Positions 45,001 through 55,585 of a DNA stretch of 64,000 nucleotides are shown one piece after another. The notes beneath the pieces were generated by a model. It worked only from the letters and a program-made list of their open reading frames with translations, did no database searches and was not told the origin of the DNA. The stretch comes from Eledone cirrhosa (lineage: Eukaryota). The translations under genes and the position numbers were made by a program. How positions within the stretch are numbered: the first letter of the stretch is position 1; each line of letters begins with the position of its first letter. Location: NCBI GenBank assembly GCA_964016885.1, contig OZ024744.1, forward strand, positions 99,262,001 through 99,326,000, in the 5' to 3' direction.

Positions 45001-48000
45001 GGCAGTGGTTATGGTCATAGTGTTGGTGGGAGTGGCAGTGGTTATGGTCATAGTGTTGGTGGGAATGGTGGTGGTTATGGTCATAGTGTTGGTGGGAGTG
45101 GCAGTGGTTATGGTCATAGTGTTGGTGGGAGTGGCAGTGGTTATGGTCATAGTGTTGGTGGGAGTGGTGGTAGTTATGGTCATAGTGTTGGTGGGTGTGG
45201 CAGTGGCTATGCTCATAGTGTTGGTGGGAGTGGCAGTGGTTATGGTCATAGTGTTGGTGGGAGTGGCAGTGGTTATGGTCATAGTGTTGGTGAGAATGGT
45301 GGTGGTTATGGTCATAGTGTTGGTGGGAGTGGTGGTGGTTATGGTCATAGTGTTGGTGGGAGTGGTGCTGGTTATGGTCATAGTGTTGGTGGGAGTGGTG
45401 GTGGTTATGGTCATAGTGTTGGTAGGAGTGGCAGTGGTTATGGTCATAGTGTTGGTGGGAATGGTGGTGGTTATGGTCATAGTGTTGGTGGGAGTGGTGG
45501 TGGTTATGGTCATAGTGTTGGTGGGAGTGGTGGTGGTTATGGTCATAGTGTTGGTGGGAGTGGTGGTGGTTATGGTCATAGTGTTGGTGGGAGTGGCAGT
45601 GGTTATGGTCATAGTGTTGGTGGGAGTGGTGGTGGTTATGGTCATAGTGTTGGTGGGAGTGGTGGTGGTTATGGTCATAGTGTTGGTGGGAGTGGTGGTG
45701 GTTATGGTCATAGTGTTGGTGGGAGTGGTGGTGGTTATGGTCATAGTGTTGGTGGGAGTGGTGGTGGTTATGTTCATAGTGTTGGTGGGAGTGGCAGTGG
45801 TTATGGTCATAGTGTTGGTGGGAGTGGTGGTGGTTATGGTCATAGTGTTGGTGGGAGTGGCAGTGGTTATGGTCATAGTGTTGGTGGGAGTGGTGGTGGT
45901 TATGGTCATAGTGTTGGTGGGAGTGGTGGTGGTTATGGTCATAGTGTTGGTGGGAGTGGCAGTGGTTATGGTCATAGTGTTGGTGGGATTGGCAGTGGTT
46001 ATGGTCATAGTGTTGGTGGGAGTGGTGGTGGTTATGGTCATAGTGTTGGTGGGAGTGGCAGTGGTTATGTTCATAGTGTTGGTGGGAGTGGTGGTGGTTA
46101 TGTTCATAGTGTTGGTGGGAGTGGCAGTGGTTATGGTCATAGTGTTGGTGGGAGTGGTGGTGGTTATGTTCATAGTGTTGGTGGGAGTGGCAGTGGTTAT
46201 GGTCATAGTGTTGGTGGGAGTGGTGGTGGTTATGGTCATAGTGTTGGTGGGAGTGGTGGTGGTTATGGTCATAGTGTTGGTGGGAGTGGTGGTGGTTATG
46301 GTCATAGTGTTGGTGGGAGTGGTGGTGGTTATGGTCATAGTGTTGGTGGGAGTGGCAGTGGTTATGGTCATAGTGTTGGTGGGAGTGGGCAGTGGTTATG
46401 GTCATAGTATTGGTGGGAGTGGCATTGGTTATGGTCATAGTGTTGGTGGGAGTGGCAGTGGTTATTGTCATAGTGTTGGTGGGAGTGGTGGTGGTTATGG
46501 TCAAAGTGTTGGTGGGAGTGGTGGTGGTTATAGTCATAGTGTTGGTGGGAGTGGTGGTGGTTATGGTCATAGTGTTGGTGGGAGTGGTGGTGGTTATGGT
46601 CATAGTGTTGGTGGGAGTGGTGGTGGTTATGGTCATAGTGTTGGTGGGAGTGGCAGTGGTTATGTTCATAGTGTTGGTGGGAGTGGTGGTGGTTATGTTC
46701 ATAGTGTTGGTGGGAGTGGCAGTGGTTATGGTCATAGTGTTGGTGGGAGTGGTGGTGGTTATGTTCATAGTGTTGGTGGGAGTGGCAGTGGTTATGGTCA
46801 TAGTGTTGGTGGGAGTGGTGGTGGTTATGGTCATAGTGTTGGTGGGAGTGGTGGTGGTTATGGTCATAGTGTTGGGTTGAGTGGTGGTGGTTATGGTCAT
46901 AGTGTTGGTGGGAGTGGTGGTGGTTATAGTCATAGTATTGGTGGGAGTGGTGGTGGTTATGGTCATAGTGTTGGTGGGAGTGGTGGTAGTTATGGTCATA
47001 GTGTTGGTGGGTGTGGCAGTGGCTATGCTCATAGTGTTGGTGGGAGTGGCAGTGGTTATGGTCATAGTGTTGGTGGGAGTGGCAGTGGTTATGGTCATAG
47101 TGTTGGTGGGAATGGTGGTGGTTATGTTCATAGTGTTGGTGGGAGTGGTGGTGGTTATGGTCATAGTGTTGGTGGGAGTGGTGGTGGTTATGGTCATAGT
47201 GTTGGTGGGAGTGCTGGTGGTTATGGTCATAGTGTTGGTGGGAGTGGCAGTGGCTATGGTCATAGTGTTGGTGGGAATGGTGGTGGTTATGGTCATAGTG
47301 TTGGTGGGAGTGGTGGTGGTTATGGTCATAGTGTTGGTGGGAGTGGTGGTGGTTATGGTCATAGTGTTGGTGGGAGTGGCAGTGGTTATGGTCATAGTGT
47401 TGGTGGGAATGGTGGTGGTTATGGTCATAGTGTTGGTGGGAGTGGTGGTGGTTATGGTCATAGTGTTGGTGGGTGTGGCAGTGGCTATGCTCATAGTGTT
47501 GGTGGGAGTGGCAGTGGTCATGGTCATAGTGTTGGTGGGTGTGGCAGTGGTTATGGTCATAGTGTTGGTGGGAGTGGCAGTGGTTATGGTCACAGTGTTG
47601 GTGGGAGTGGCAGTGGTTATGGTCATAGTGTTGGTGGGAGTGGGGGTAGTTATGGTCATAGTGTTGGTGGGTGTGGCAGTGGCTATGCTCATAGTGTTGG
47701 TGGGAGTGGCAGTGATTATGGTCATAGTGTTGGTGGGAGTGGCAGTGGTTATGGTCATAGTGTTGGTGGGAATGGTGGTGGTTATGGTCATAGTGTTGGT
47801 GGGAGTGGTGGTGGTTATGGTCATAGTGTTGGTGGGAGTGGTGGTGGTTATGGTCATAGTGTTGGTGGGAGTGGTGGTGGTTATGGTCATAGTGTTGGTG
47901 GGAGTGGCAGTGGTTATGGTCATAGTGTTGGTGGGAATGGTGGTGGTTATGATCATAGTGTTGGTGGGAGTGGTGGTGGTTATGGTCATAGTGTTGGTGG

Positions 48001-51000
48001 GAGTGGTGGTGGTTATGGTCATAGTGTTGGTGGGAGTGGCAGTGGTTATGGTCATAGTGTTGGTGGGAGTGGCAGTGGTTATGGTCATAGTGTTGGTGGG
48101 AATGGTGGTGGTTATGGTCATAGTGTTGGTGGGAGTGGTGGTGGTTATGGTCATAGTGTTGGTGGTGTGGCAGTGGTTATGGTCATAGTGTTGGTGGGAG
48201 TGGTGGTGGTTATGGTCATAGTGTTGGTGGGAGTGGTGGTGGTTATGGTCGTAGTGTTGGTGGGTGTGGCAGTGGTTATGGTCATAGTGTTGGTGGGAGT
48301 GGTGGTGGTGGTTATGGTCATAGTGTTGGTGGGAGTGGTGGTGGTTATGGTCATAGTGTTGGTGGGAGTGGCAGTGGTTATGGTCATAGTGTTGGTGGGA
48401 GTGGCAGTGGTTATGGTCGTAGTGTTGGTGGGTGTGGCAGTGGTTATGGTCATAATGTTGGTGGGAATGGTGGTGGTTATGGTCATAGTGTTGGTGGGAG
48501 TGGTGGTGGTTATGGTCGTAGTGTTGGTGGGAGTGGCAGTGGTTATGGTCATAGTGTTGGTGGGAGTGGCAGTGGTTATGGTCATAGTGTTGGTGGGAGT
48601 GGTGGTGGTTATGGTCATAGTGTTGGTGGGAGTGGCAGTGGTTATGGTCATAGTGTTGGTGGGAGTGGCAGTGGTTATGGTCATAGTGTTGGTGGGAGTG
48701 GTGGTGGTTATGGTCGTAGTGTTGGTGGGAGTGGTGGTGGTTATGGTCATAGTGTTGGTGGGAGTGGCAGTGGTTATGGTCATAGTGTTGTTGGGTGTGG
48801 CAGTGGTTATGGTCATAGTGTTGGTGGGAGTGGTGGTGGTTATGGTCATAGTGTTGGTGGGAGTGGTGGTGGTTATGGTCATAGTGTTGGTGGGAGTGGC
48901 AGTGGTTATGGTCATAGTGTTGGTGGGAATGGTGGTGGTTATGGTCATAGTGTTGGTGGGAGTGGTGGTGGTTATGGTCATAGTGTTGGTGGGAGTGGTG
49001 GTGGTTATGGTCATAGTGTTGGTGGGAGTGGTGGTGGTTATGGTCATAGTGTTGGTGGGAGTGGTGGTAGTTATGGTCATAGTGTTGGTGGGAGTGGTGG
49101 TGGCTATGGTCATAGTGTTGGTGGGAGTGGTGGTGGTTATGGTCATAGTGTTGGTGGGAGTGGTGGTAGTTATGGTCATAGTGTTGGTGGGTGTGGCAGT
49201 GGCTATGCTCATAGTGTTGGTGGGAGTGGCAGTGGTCATGATCATAGTGTTGGTGGGTGTGGCAGTGGTTATGGTCATAGTGTTGGTGGGAGTGGCAGTG
49301 GTTATGGTCACAGTGTTGGTGGGAGTGGCAGTGGTTATGGTCATAGTGTTGGTGGGAGTGGTGGTAGTTATGGTCATAGTGTTGGTGGGTGTGGCAGTGG
49401 CTATGCTCATAGTGTTGGTGGGAGTGGCAGTGGTTATGGTCATAGTGTTGGTGGGAGTGGCAGTGGTTATGGTCATAGTGTTGGTGGGAATGGTGGTGGT
49501 TATGGTCATAGTGTTGGTGGGAGTGGCAGTGGTTATGGTCATAGTGTTGGTGGGAGTGGCAGTGGTTATGGTCATAGTGTTGGTGGGAATGGTGGTGGTT
49601 ATGGTCATAGTGTTGGTGGGAGTGGCAGTGGTTATGGTCATAGTGTTGGTGGGAGTGGCAGTGGTTATGGTCATAGTGTTGGTGGGAGTGGTGGTAGTTA
49701 TGGTCATAGTGTTGGTGGGTGTGGCAGTGGCTATGCTCATAGTGTTGGTGGGAGTGGCAGTGGTTATGGTCATAGTGTTGGTGGGAGTGGCAGTGGTTAT
49801 GGTCATAGTGTTGGTGAGAATGGTGGTGGTTATGGTCATAGTGTTGGTGGGAGTGGTGGTGGTTATGGTCATAGTGTTGGTGGGAGTGGTGCTGGTTATG
49901 GTCATAGTGTTGGTGGGAGTGGTGGTGGTTATGGTCATAGTGTTGGTGGGAGTGGCAGTGGTTATGGTCATAGTGTTGGTGGGAATGGTGGTGGTTATGG
50001 TCATAGTGTTGGTGGGAGTGGTGGTGGTTATGGTCATAGTGTTGGTGGGAGTGGTGGTGGTTATGGTCATAGTGTTGGTGGGAGTGGTGGTGGTTATGGT
50101 CATAGTGTTGGTGGGAGTGGCAGTGGTTATGGTCATAGTGTTGGTGGGAGTGGTGGTGGTTATGGTCATAGTGTTGGTGGGAGTGGTGGTGGTTATGGTC
50201 ATAGTGTTGGTGGGAGTGGTGGTGGTTATGGTCATAGTGTTGGTGGGAGTGGTGGTGGTTATGGTCATAGTGTTGGTGGGAGTGGTGGTGGTTATGTTCA
50301 TAGTGTTGGTGGGAGTGGCAGTGGTTATGGTCATAGTGTTGGTGGGAGTGGTGGTGGTTATGGTCATAGTGTTGGTGGGAGTGGCAGTGGTTATGGTCAT
50401 AGTGTTGGTGGGAGTGGTGGTGGTTATGGTCATAGTGTTGGTGGGAGTGGTGGTGGTTATGGTCATAGTGTTGGTGGGAGTGGCAGTGGTTATGGTCATA
50501 GTGTTGGTGGGATTGGCAGTGGTTATGGTCATAGTGTTGGTGGGAGTGGTGGTGGTTATGGTCATAGTGTTGGTGGGAGTGGCAGTGGTTATGTTCATAG
50601 TGTTGGTGGGAGTGGTGGTGGTTATGTTCATAGTGTTGGTGGGAGTGGCAGTGGTTATGGTCATAGTGTTGGTGGGAGTGGTGGTGGTTATGTTCATAGT
50701 GTTGGTGGGAGTGGCAGTGGTTATGGTCATAGTGTTGGTGGGAGTGGTGGTGGTTATGGTCATAGTGTTGGTGGGAGTGGTGGTGGTTATGGTCATAGTG
50801 TTGGTGGGAGTGGTGGTGGTTATGGTCATAGTGTTGGTGGGAGTGGTGGTGGTTATGGTCATAGTGTTGGTGGGAGTGGCAGTGGTTATGGTCATAGTGT
50901 TGGTGGGAGTGGTGGTGGTTATGGTCATAGTGTTGGTGGGAGTGGCAGTGGTTATGGTCATAGTGTTGGTGGGAGTGGTGGTGGTTATGGTCATAGTGTT

Positions 51001-53439
51001 GGTGGGAGTGGTGGTGGTTATGGTCATAGTGTTGGTGGGAGTGGTGGTGGTTATGGTCATAGTGTTGGTGGGAGTGGTGGTGGTTATGGTCATAGTGTTG
51101 GTGGGAGTGGTGGTGGTTATGGTCATAGTGTTGGTGGGAGTGGCAGTGGTTATGGTCATAGTGTTGGTGGGATTGGCAGTGGTTATGGTCATAGTGTTGG
51201 TGGGAGTGGTGGTGGTTATGGTCATAGTGTTGGTGGGAGTGGCAGTGGTTATGTTCATAGTGTTGGTGGGAGTGGTGGTGGTTATGTTCATAGTGTTGGT
51301 GGGAGTGGCAGTGGTTATGGTCATAGTGTTGGTGGGAGTGGTGGTGGTTATGTTCATAGTGTTGGTGGGAGTGGCAGTGGTTATGGTCATAGTGTTGGTG
51401 GGAGTGGTGGTGGTTATGGTCATAGTGTTGGTGGGAGTGGTGGTGGTTATGGTCATAGTGTTGGTGGGAGTGGTGGTGGTTATGGTCATAGTGTTGGTGG
51501 GAGTGGTGGTGGTTATGGTCATAGTGTTGGTGGGAGTGGCAGTGGTTATGGTCATAGTGTTGGTGGGAGTGGCAGTGGTTATGGTCATAGTGTTGGTGGG
51601 AGTGGCAGTGCTTATGGTCATAGTGTTGGTGGGAGTGGCAGTGGTTATTGTCATAGTGTTGGTGGGAGTGGTGGTGGTTATGGTCAAAGTGTTGGTGGGA
51701 GTGGTGGTGGTTATAGTCATAGTGTTGGTGGGAGTGGTGGTGGTTATGGTCATAGTGTTGGTGGGAGTGGTGGTGGTTATGGTCATAGTGTTGGTGGGAG
51801 TGGTGGTGGTTATGGTCATAGTGTTGGTGGGAGTGGCAGTGGTTATGTTCATAGTGTTGGTGGGAGTGGTGGTGGTTATGTTCATAGTGTTGGTGGGAGT
51901 GGCAGTGGTTATGGTCATAGTGTTGGTGGGAGTGGTGGTGGTTATGTTCATAGTGTTGGTGGGAGTGGCAGTGGTTATGGTCATAGTGTTGGTGGGAGTG
52001 GTGGTGGTTATGGTCATAGTGTTGGTGGGAGTGGTGGTGGTTATGGTCATAGTGTTGGGTTGAGTGGTGGTGGTTATGGTCATAGTGTTGGTGGGAGTGG
52101 TGGTGGTTATAGTCATAGTATTGGTGGGAGTGGTGGTGGTTATGGTCATAGTGTTGGTGGGAGTGGTGGTAGTTATGGTCATAGTGTTGGTGGGTGTGGC
52201 AGTGGCTATGCTCATAGTGTTGGTGGGAGTGGCAGTGGTTATGGTCATAGTGTTGGTGGGAGTGGCAGTGGTTATGGTCATAGTGTTGGTGGGAATGGTG
52301 GTGGTTATGATCATAGTGTTGGTGGGTGTGGTGGTGGTTATGGTCATAGTGTTGGTGGGAGTGGTGGTGGTTATGTTCATAGTGTTGGTGGGAGTGGTGG
52401 TGGTTATGGTCATAGTGTTGGTGGGAGTGGTGGTGGTTATGGTGATAGTGTTGGTGGGAGTGGTGGTGGTTATGGTCATAGTGTTGGTGGGAGTGGTGGT
52501 GGTTATGGTCATAGTGTTGGTGGGAGTGGTGGTGGTTATGGTCATAGTGTTGGTGGGAGTGGTGGTGGTTATGGTCATAGTGTTGGTGGGAGTGGTGGTG
52601 GTTATGGTCATAGTGTTGGTGGGAGTGGTGGTGGTTATGGTCATAGTGTTGGTGGGAGTAGCAGTGGTTATGGTCATAGTGTTGGTGGGAGTGGTGGTGG
52701 TTATGGTGATAGTGTTGGTGGGAGTGGCAGTGGTTATGGTCATAGTGTTGGTGGGAGTGGCAGTGGTTATGGTCATAGTGTTGGTGGGTGTGGTGGTGGT
52801 TATGGTCATAGTGTTGGTGGGAGTGGTGGTGGTTATGGTCATAGTGTTGGTGGGAGTGGCAGTGGTTATGGTCATAGTGTTGGTGGGATTGGCAGTGGTT
52901 ATGGTGATAGTGTTGGTGGGAGTGGTGGTGTTTATGGTCATAGTGTTGGTGGGAGTGGCAGTGGTTATGGTGATAGTGTTGGTGGGAGTGGCAGTGGTTA
53001 TCGTCATAGTGTTGGTGGGAGTGGTGGTTGTTATGATCATAGTGTTGGTGGGAGTGGTGGTGGTTATGATCATAGTGTTGGTGGGAGTGGTGGTGGTTAT
53101 GGTCATAGTGTTGGTGGGAGTGGCAGTGGTTATCGTCATAGTGTTGGTGGGATTGGCAGTGGTTATGGTGATAGTGTTGGTGGGAGTGGTGGTGTTTATG
53201 GTCATAGTGTTGGTGGGTGTGGCAGTGGTTATGGTCATAGTGTTGGTGGGAGTGGCAGTGGTTATGGTCATAGTGTTGGTGGGAGTGGCAGTGGTTATGG
53301 TCATAGTGTTGGTGGGAGTGGCAGTGGTTATGATCATAGTGTTGGTGGGAGTGGTGGTGGTTATGGTCATAGTGTTGGTGGGAGTGGCAGTGGTTATCGT
53401 CACATTGTCGGTGTTGGTGCTGGTTGTTATGATTGTTAT
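1..53439 (-). CDS. Possible giant Thr-rich mucin-like repeat (ITTT/ATPTNTMT)n, broken by about 20 frameshifts
   Basis: Stop-free blocks of 5-12 kb (e.g. 9170-19348, 35800-46371) with PTS-type composition. Against: in-frame TAA at 53440-53442 just upstream, no polypyrimidine acceptor, no signal peptide, and no consensus codon is one substitution from a stop, so ORF length is uninformative. Confidence 0.2.
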
Positions 53440-53475
53440 TTAATGGCAGGCTGTACAGTGATGACAACCCTATGA
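1..53475 (+). CDS. Possible Gly/Ser/His/Tyr-rich structural-protein repeat (GHSVGGSGG/SGY)n ending ...GYRHIVGVGAGCYDCYLMAGCTVMTTL*
   Basis: No substitution-derived stops seen in this frame, and it ends at a stop (53473-53475) just past the array. It carries the same frameshifts, and the start is not in the window. Confidence 0.15.
960..6530. repeat. 2,770-bp higher-order repeat (84 monomers minus 2 bp), about 2 copies
   Basis: Rare variants recur at exactly +2770: TTATTGTG 1321/4091, GTGAGT 1961/4731, GGTTGTGTGG 2915/5685, GCGAATGG 3081/5851, GTCATCGTG 3562/6332. Confidence 0.9.
36400..40160. repeat. 1,881-bp higher-order repeat (57 monomers), 2 copies
   Basis: GTATAGGTGG at 36437/38318, with the GTCGGT, CATTGT and GGCGGG variants at the same offset. 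ORFs starting 36443 and 38324 have the same N-terminal translation. Confidence 0.9.
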
Positions 53476-53569
53476 CTGTGCCCATAAAACCCTAAACTTG
53501 AATTCTTCTTCAGCGCATCAACATATCTGTCCCCTTGACACTATGATATTTCCCTCCATCATACCTTAC

Positions 53570-53654
53570 CTGCATTTATTTATTTATCTATTTATTTATT
53601 TATTTGCATTCCAGCCGAGGAGATGAAGCCATGCTGGGGCACCACCACTGCATT
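53570..53654 (-). mobile_element. Short 5'-truncated retroposon fragment with (AAAT)n tail and possible 7-bp TSD
   Basis: CTGCATT at 53570-53576 and 53648-53654 flanks (TTTA)n plus GCCATGCTGGGGCACCACC, a motif I recall from octopus interspersed repeats. Confidence 0.45.
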
Positions 53655-53881
53655 AACCCTTTACCATTTACACTACTCTATATATACTATTATATTTTCA
53701 TGGTAACGGCTTTACTTCTCATAATTATCTCACATAGTATCGAATCTATGAGATTTTGATGGCATTTATTTTGAGAACAATACCTTAACACAAGTATCAG
53801 TCGCCTGTTATGGCTGATTTGAACAGAAAGAGGTGAGAGAATTCTGGCCAGATACAGCTGGTTTAAATGCCTAAGGGTTAA
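53653..53881. mobile_element. piggyBac-type MITE (~225 bp)
   Basis: TTAA-CCCTTTACCATT ... AAATGCCTAAGGG-TTAA. The interior is the reverse complement of the copies at 56429-56955. Confidence 0.8.
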
Positions 53882-53949
53882 GAATTATTTCTTTTCTTTG
53901 TCCACCATTCTTTATTTCTTCAATTTCCTTTTTTTTTACATTATAAATT

Positions 53950-54810
53950 TGGCGGTAGAGTGTCGGACACCATGCTTTGCAGCATAGAGTTACGTCTCTT
54001 TACGGTCTGAGTTCAAATCCTGCCGAGGTTAACTTTGCCTTTCATCCTTACAGGGTTGATAAAATAAAGTACCAGTAATGTACTGGGGTCGATTTAATCA
54101 ACTTTCCCCTCCCCAAATTACTGGCCTTGTGCCTATACTAGAAATCATTATTAATTTGGTGGGCTTAACCCTGTATAAGAAACCATTATTATTTATCAAA
54201 GCCAAGGGCTGTATCGGTAGAGGGTCGGATGCCATGCTTTATAGCATAGAGTTATGTCCCTTTGCTGGCTAGTTTGACCAGAAAGAGGTGAGAGAATTCT
54301 GGCCGGATATATCTGGATATGGCCAGTTTAAATGCTAAAGAGTTAAGTTCAAATCTCGCTGAGGTTAGCTTTGCATTTCATCCGAATTACTGGCCTTGTG
54401 CCTATACTAGAAATCATTATAAATTGGGTGGGCTTAGCCCCGTATAAGAAACCATTTGGATTGGTAGTATCGGTAGAGAGTCGGACACCATGCTTTGAAG
54501 CATAGAGTTACCTCCCTTTACAGACTGAGTTCAAATCCCACCAAGGTTAACTTTGCCTTTCATCCTTACGGGGTCGATAAAATAAAGTACCAGTAATGTA
54601 CTGAGTAATTGCTGGCCTTGTGCCAAATGTAGAAACAATTACTTACTAAAGCCAAGGGCAGTGGATTGGCAGTATTGCTTTGCAGCATAGAGTTACGTCC
54701 CTTTACGGCCTGAGTTCAAATCCCGCCGAGGTTAGCTTTGCCTTTCAACCAAATTACTGGCCTTGTGCCTATACTAGAAATCATTATAAATTTGGTGGGT
54801 TTGACCCCGT
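53950..54810 (+). mobile_element. Cluster of about 4 head-to-tail tRNA-derived SINE copies, some internally deleted
   Basis: Repeated B-box GAGTTCAAATCC followed by CCGAGGTTAACTTTGCCTTTCATCC...GATAAAATAAAGTACCAG and tail CTGGCCTTGTGCCTATACTAGAAATCATTAT. Units start near 53951, 54210, 54470 and 54655. Confidence 0.8.
54266..54346. mobile_element. Terminal fragment of the same TTAA MITE inside SINE copy 2
   Basis: GAAAGAGGTGAGAGAATTCTGGCC...AAATGCTAAAGAGTTAA matches 53826-53881. Confidence 0.75.
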
Positions 54811-55024
54811 TTTTTTTTTTTTTTTTTGCTACTAAGAAATAAATGTTAAGTAAAAAAGAAACAATAAGTAAGTAAAAATCAAAATCAATCATGAGATTTT
54901 ATAGAGTGCCATATGTTTCCAGTTTAATGTAGAAATATGGTAGGGTCAGGACAGCAAATATTTTATCACATTGTTTTGTATATTGAGTAGAAGGAAACAA
55001 GGAGCGAGAAGTTGATAACAGTGT

Positions 55025-55237
55025 AGAGAGAAATACAGAGAGGGGGGGGGGGGCTAGAGATAGGGGGGGGGGGTAGAGAGAGAGCAGAGAGAGAGAGAGA
55101 GAGAAATAGAGAAAGAGACAGAGAGAGAGACGCAGTCGGGGGGGAGGGGAGTAGAGAGAGAGGAGAGAGAGAGATGGGTACTAGAGAGAGAGAGAGCGAG
55201 AGAGATAAATAGAGGAGAGAAAGAGTGAGAAAGAGAG

Positions 55238-55282
<45 letters not shown>

Positions 55283-55425
55283 GGGAGGGAGAGAGAGAGA
55301 GAGCAAGAGAGAGAGAGAGAGAGAGAGAGAGACCAATGAAGGTGGAAGGAGAGATGGAGTAATATATATATATATATATATACAGTATAATATATATACA
55401 TATATATATACTGTATATGTATATG
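55025..55425. repeat. Polypurine (GA)n/poly-G tract followed by (TA)n
   Basis: Read directly. Accounts for the spurious SLSL/YIYI ORF at 55054-55401. Confidence 0.95.
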
Positions 55426-55585
55426 TTTACTTTAAAACTGTTGTCCTGATATTGATGTTGTTTTAGCTAAGATCAATTTGGACAGATCAACTTCTTTACA
55501 ACATATCTGACACTTGGAAAAAAAGATATTATTTTAACTGGGTGCTATAAAAACACTTATTCAAATCTATTATTGATATGGATTT

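Larger units (their letters stand above)
1..53403. repeat. Giant 33-bp tandem array (~1,600 units), open at the left window edge
   Basis: Unit GGT CAT AGT GTT GGT GGG AGT GGT GGT GGT TAT, with a major GGC AGT variant, repeats without interruption to ~53403 and degenerates by ~53440. Consensus is 16 G, 12 T, 4 A, 1 C. Confidence 0.99.

Noticed and set aside
20042-47220. Chi sites (GCTGGTGG) and resemblance to the human minisatellite core
   Set aside because: These are single-base variants of GTTGGTGG or GGTGGTGG expected from composition, and Chi has no established role here.
1-53403. CRISPR array or telomere
   Set aside because: There are no unique spacers or cas genes and the context is eukaryotic. 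There is no TTAGGG-type unit, and the G-rich strand points toward unique DNA, opposite to telomere polarity for a left end.
86-53443. Poly-Val (VIVLVGVVVVM)n ORFs as membrane proteins
   Set aside because: Thousands of uninterrupted hydrophobic residues are implausible, and this frame is repeatedly stopped by substitutions (TGA near 578, 1962, 14508; TAG at 16614, 36440).
23873-53485. 9,870-aa ORF starting MGTVIGLSSLY... as a real His-rich/Thr-rich protein
   Set aside because: It alternates between His and Thr frames only at single-base indels and has no signal peptide. The His frame also takes TAA stops elsewhere in the array (10530-10532, 21593-21595).
53466-53546. Two short inverted matches to the array motif (AACCCTATGAC, ACACTATGA)
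   Set aside because: Only 9-11 nt long and compatible with chance.
53560-53575. Strong minus-strand donor CAG|GTAAGG just upstream of the array
   Set aside because: The would-be exon is an (AAAT)n retroposon tail. If real it would place the array in an intron; there is no supporting evidence.
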